Part shown: positions 24,446-26,305 of the stretch, piece after piece | Position numbering within the stretch: the first letter of the stretch is position 1 | Layout: every line of letters starts with the position of its first letter | NCBI GenBank assembly: GCA_030586555.1 | Contig: JAURAC010000030.1 | Span: 1-26,305 of the forward strand | From: Candidatus Subterrananammoxibius californiae | Lineage (GTDB): Bacteria > Planctomycetota > Brocadiia > Brocadiales > Subterrananammoxibiaceae | DNA: 26,305 nucleotides | Direction of reading: 5' to 3' | Position numbers and translations under genes: made by a program | The notes under the pieces: model-generated | Seen by the model: the letters and a program-made list of their open reading frames with translations, nothing else | Databases searched by the model: none | Told to the model about the DNA's origin: nothing

Positions 24446-25474
24446 TTAACTTCCATACTCCCCCACAATGGGTATATCTGCCTTACAATATCTGCACTTT
24501 CCATCTTCAATCTCAAAGGTATTAGCGCAGAAGCCGAGTCGCTCAATGAGCGTTTTTCCACAGTGGTAACAATAGGTGTTTTCACCGGGGTGTCCCGGTA
24601 CGTTCCCCGTGTAAACGAACTGGAGACCTTCTTCCATGCCAATTTTTCTGGCTTCTTCCAATTTTCTTACCGGGGTTGGAGGAATTTGCGAAAGGTCAAG
24701 ATGGGGATGAAACCTGGTTGCATGCCATGGTGTTTCCTTGCCGAGGTTTTGGAATATAAATCTGGCAATTTCACGAAGTTCTTCTGCGCTGTCATTGTAC
24801 CCCGGCACAACAAGGGTAATAACTTCAACGTGCATCTTCCATTTTGTCTTTGCTCTGATAGAGGCATCAAGGATTGGCTGGATATTTTTTACATGGGCAA
24901 CTTCGGGATAAAACTTACCGTTAAAACCTTTTAAATCTACCCTATAAGCATCTAAGCAGGGCCCTATTGCGTCAAGCGCATCAGGGGATATAAAGCCGTT
25001 TGTTACAAAGACGGTGTAAAGTCCTTCCCTTTTAGCTGCCTTTGCTCCGTCAATAGCATATTCTATCCAGATGGTTGGTTCGTTGTAAGTCCAGGCAATC
25101 CCTTTACACCCGGTATCCTTTGTCAACTTTATCAAATCTTCAACAGGAATGAATGTTGTCTCCCTGCTTGAAGCATTAATATTTGCATGTGCTATGTACC
25201 AGTTCTGGCAGTGCCGACAGCGCATATTACAGCCAAGCGAGCCTATAGAATACGCATAGCTGCCGGGGAAAAAATGATAGAGGGGTTTCTTCTCAATAGT
25301 ATCTGCGCAGGCAGAAGAAACCTTGCCATAGGTAAGGCAATATAGCTTTCCATCAAGATTTCTTCTCACCCCGCAGAACCCAAGCTTTGTATTTGCAATT
25401 ATGCACCTGCGTGGACAAAGCGTGCATTGAACCCTTCCATCGTCAATGGTATTATAGAACAATGCCTCGTGCAT
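24446..25474 (-). CDS. amrS: AmmeMemoRadiSam system radical SAM enzyme (PFL-activase-like)
   Basis: CTLCPRRC, CGVR, IEKKPLYHFFPG, GCNMRCRHCQNW (CxxxCxxC), WTYNEP, YTGNVPGH..ENTYCYHCG. Confidence 0.93.
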   Translation of the reverse strand: MHEALFYNTIDDGRVQCTLCPRRCIIANTKLGFCGVRRNLDGKLYCLTYGKVSSACADTIEKKPLYHFFPGSYAYSIGSLGCNMRCRHCQNWYIAHANINASSRETTFIPVEDLIKLTKDTGCKGIAWTYNEPTIWIEYAIDGAKAAKREGLYTVFVTNGFISPDALDAIGPCLDAYRVDLKGFNGKFYPEVAHVKNIQPILDASIRAKTKWKMHVEVITLVVPGYNDSAEELREIARFIFQNLGKETPWHATRFHPHLDLSQIPPTPVRKLEEARKIGMEEGLQFVYTGNVPGHPGENTYCYHCGKTLIERLGFCANTFEIEDGKCRYCKADIPIVGEYGS

Positions 25475-25496
25475 TTACCTAACCTCATTCTGATGT

Positions 25497-25570
25497 GGTA
25501 GACAACGAACTTTATGTTCGTTGATTTCCACGATGGGGAGAATCAACGAGGTAAAACCTCGTTGTCTATC
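25497..25570 (+). mobile_element. 74-bp GGTAGACAACGA-family palindromic element overlapping the argA 3' end
   Basis: ggtagacaacgaactttatgttcgttga (28 bp identical to the 8372-8428 copy), spacer, then caacgaggtaaaacctcgttgtcta (25 bp identical). Confidence 0.85.
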
Positions 25571-26022
25571 TTCTTAATCTCAAGTATAAGTGGAACTTCA
25601 CCGCAATCAGGGAATTTATGGCACTTCACGCATTCCGACCATATTTTATGGGGCAGTGAATCCTTTAACACAACTGTAAAACCTAAATGCTCAAAGAACT
25701 TTGGAATGTAAGTCAGTACAAAGAGCTTTGTTATGCCAAGTCTTTTTGCGTCCTCGATGCATTCGCGGGTCAACACGCTCCCAATTCCCCGTCGCTGATA
25801 CTGCTCAAAAACGGCTATTGATTTAAGCTCTGCCAGGTCCTTCCAGAAGACGTGCAAGGCGGCACATCCTACAATTTCTCCATCTTCTATATAAACAAAA
25901 AAATCCCTGATATTCTCATAAATCTCGCTCAAGGAACGCGGAAGCATTTCATCCTTAGAAGCGAAATGATTTACGAGCTTCTGAATCTTTTCCACATCCT
26001 CAACAACCGCTTTTCTTAACAT
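25543..26022 (-). CDS. argA: Short GNAT N-acetyltransferase, N-acetylglutamate synthase (short ArgA) type
   Basis: MLPRSLSEIYENIRDF, GCAALH..W.DLAELKSIAV, FVLTY..FF..LGF, LPHKIWSECVKCHKFPDC. Confidence 0.85.
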   Translation of the reverse strand: MLRKAVVEDVEKIQKLVNHFASKDEMLPRSLSEIYENIRDFFVYIEDGEIVGCAALHVFWKDLAELKSIAVFEQYQRRGIGSVLTRECIEDAKRLGITKLFVLTYIPKFFEHLGFTVVLKDSLPHKIWSECVKCHKFPDCGEVPLILEIKKIDNEVLPR

Positions 26023-26068
26023 TCTCCTCTTGACCTTTTTACCTATTTGCCTTTTAGCCTCTTGTCAA

Positions 26069-26305
26069 CTATCCAACCTCATCATACCTTCTCAATCTAA
26101 AACTAACGCCAAGCTCGTCTGCGAGGTTCTTACATCGTTCAACATTAACGCCGGGATAGCCTACTATAGAGACAACTACATTTGGAATCGCCTTTTTAGC
26201 CTCTTTAATAAAAGAAATTAATGCCGTATAAGCCTTTTCTCCAAATTTAGGATGACACAGCCTTTTATATTCATCCGCATAAGTGGTATTAAGGCTGATA
26301 CATAT
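26069..26305 (-). CDS. C-terminal fragment of a TatD-associated radical SAM protein (runs off window end)
   Basis: Manual translation ICISLNTTYADEYKRLCHPKFGEKAYTALISFIKEAKKAIPNVVVSIVGYPGVNVERCKNLADELGVSFRLRRYDEVG*, recognised from the family's C-terminal pattern; not in the ORF track. Confidence 0.75.
   Translation of the reverse strand: MCISLNTTYADEYKRLCHPKFGEKAYTALISFIKEAKKAIPNVVVSIVGYPGVNVERCKNLADELGVSFRLRRYDEVG

Noticed and set aside
24323..24934. 203-aa + strand ORF, and other antisense/nested ORFs such as 576-926, 10646-11224 and 23756-24100
   Set aside because: Shadow frames of well-supported genes with no recognisable motifs.
8372..25570. Palindromic repeats as a CRISPR array
   Set aside because: Copies are dispersed kilobases apart, with no regular repeat-spacer pattern and no cas genes.

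Overview
Chromosomal, largely housekeeping window from an anaerobic autotroph. The gene content and short PheT suggest an anammox-type Planctomycetota (Ca. Brocadiales); this taxonomy is inferred, not shown. On the left (- strand) lie a beta-propeller gene, a HAD-phosphatase/isoprenoid-kinase fusion, ruvX/yqgF and a thioesterase, followed by tRNA-Val(GAC)-thrS-infC-rpmI-rplT-pheS-pheT'. The centre (+ strand) is a Wood-Ljungdahl CODH/ACS cluster: cooC-cooS-acsB-[clpP]-acsC-acsV-[exported HEXXH protein]-cooC2-acsD-acsE. On the right (- strand) are a partial TatD-linked radical SAM gene, short argA, amrS, a DUF62 SAM hydrolase and a DUF1573 protein. The most unusual signals are small-scale. Several families of miniature palindromic elements sit in frame inside proteins: three in the DUF62 gene, one exact 19-codon element in a signal peptide, and one supplying the argA C-terminus and stop. 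Inverted 7/8-mer tandem-repeat hairpins, each with a different unit, occupy many gene junctions. Two protease-family genes interrupt the acs cluster, including a ClpP with Asn at the catalytic Asp position. All calls were made by eye; no database searches were run.
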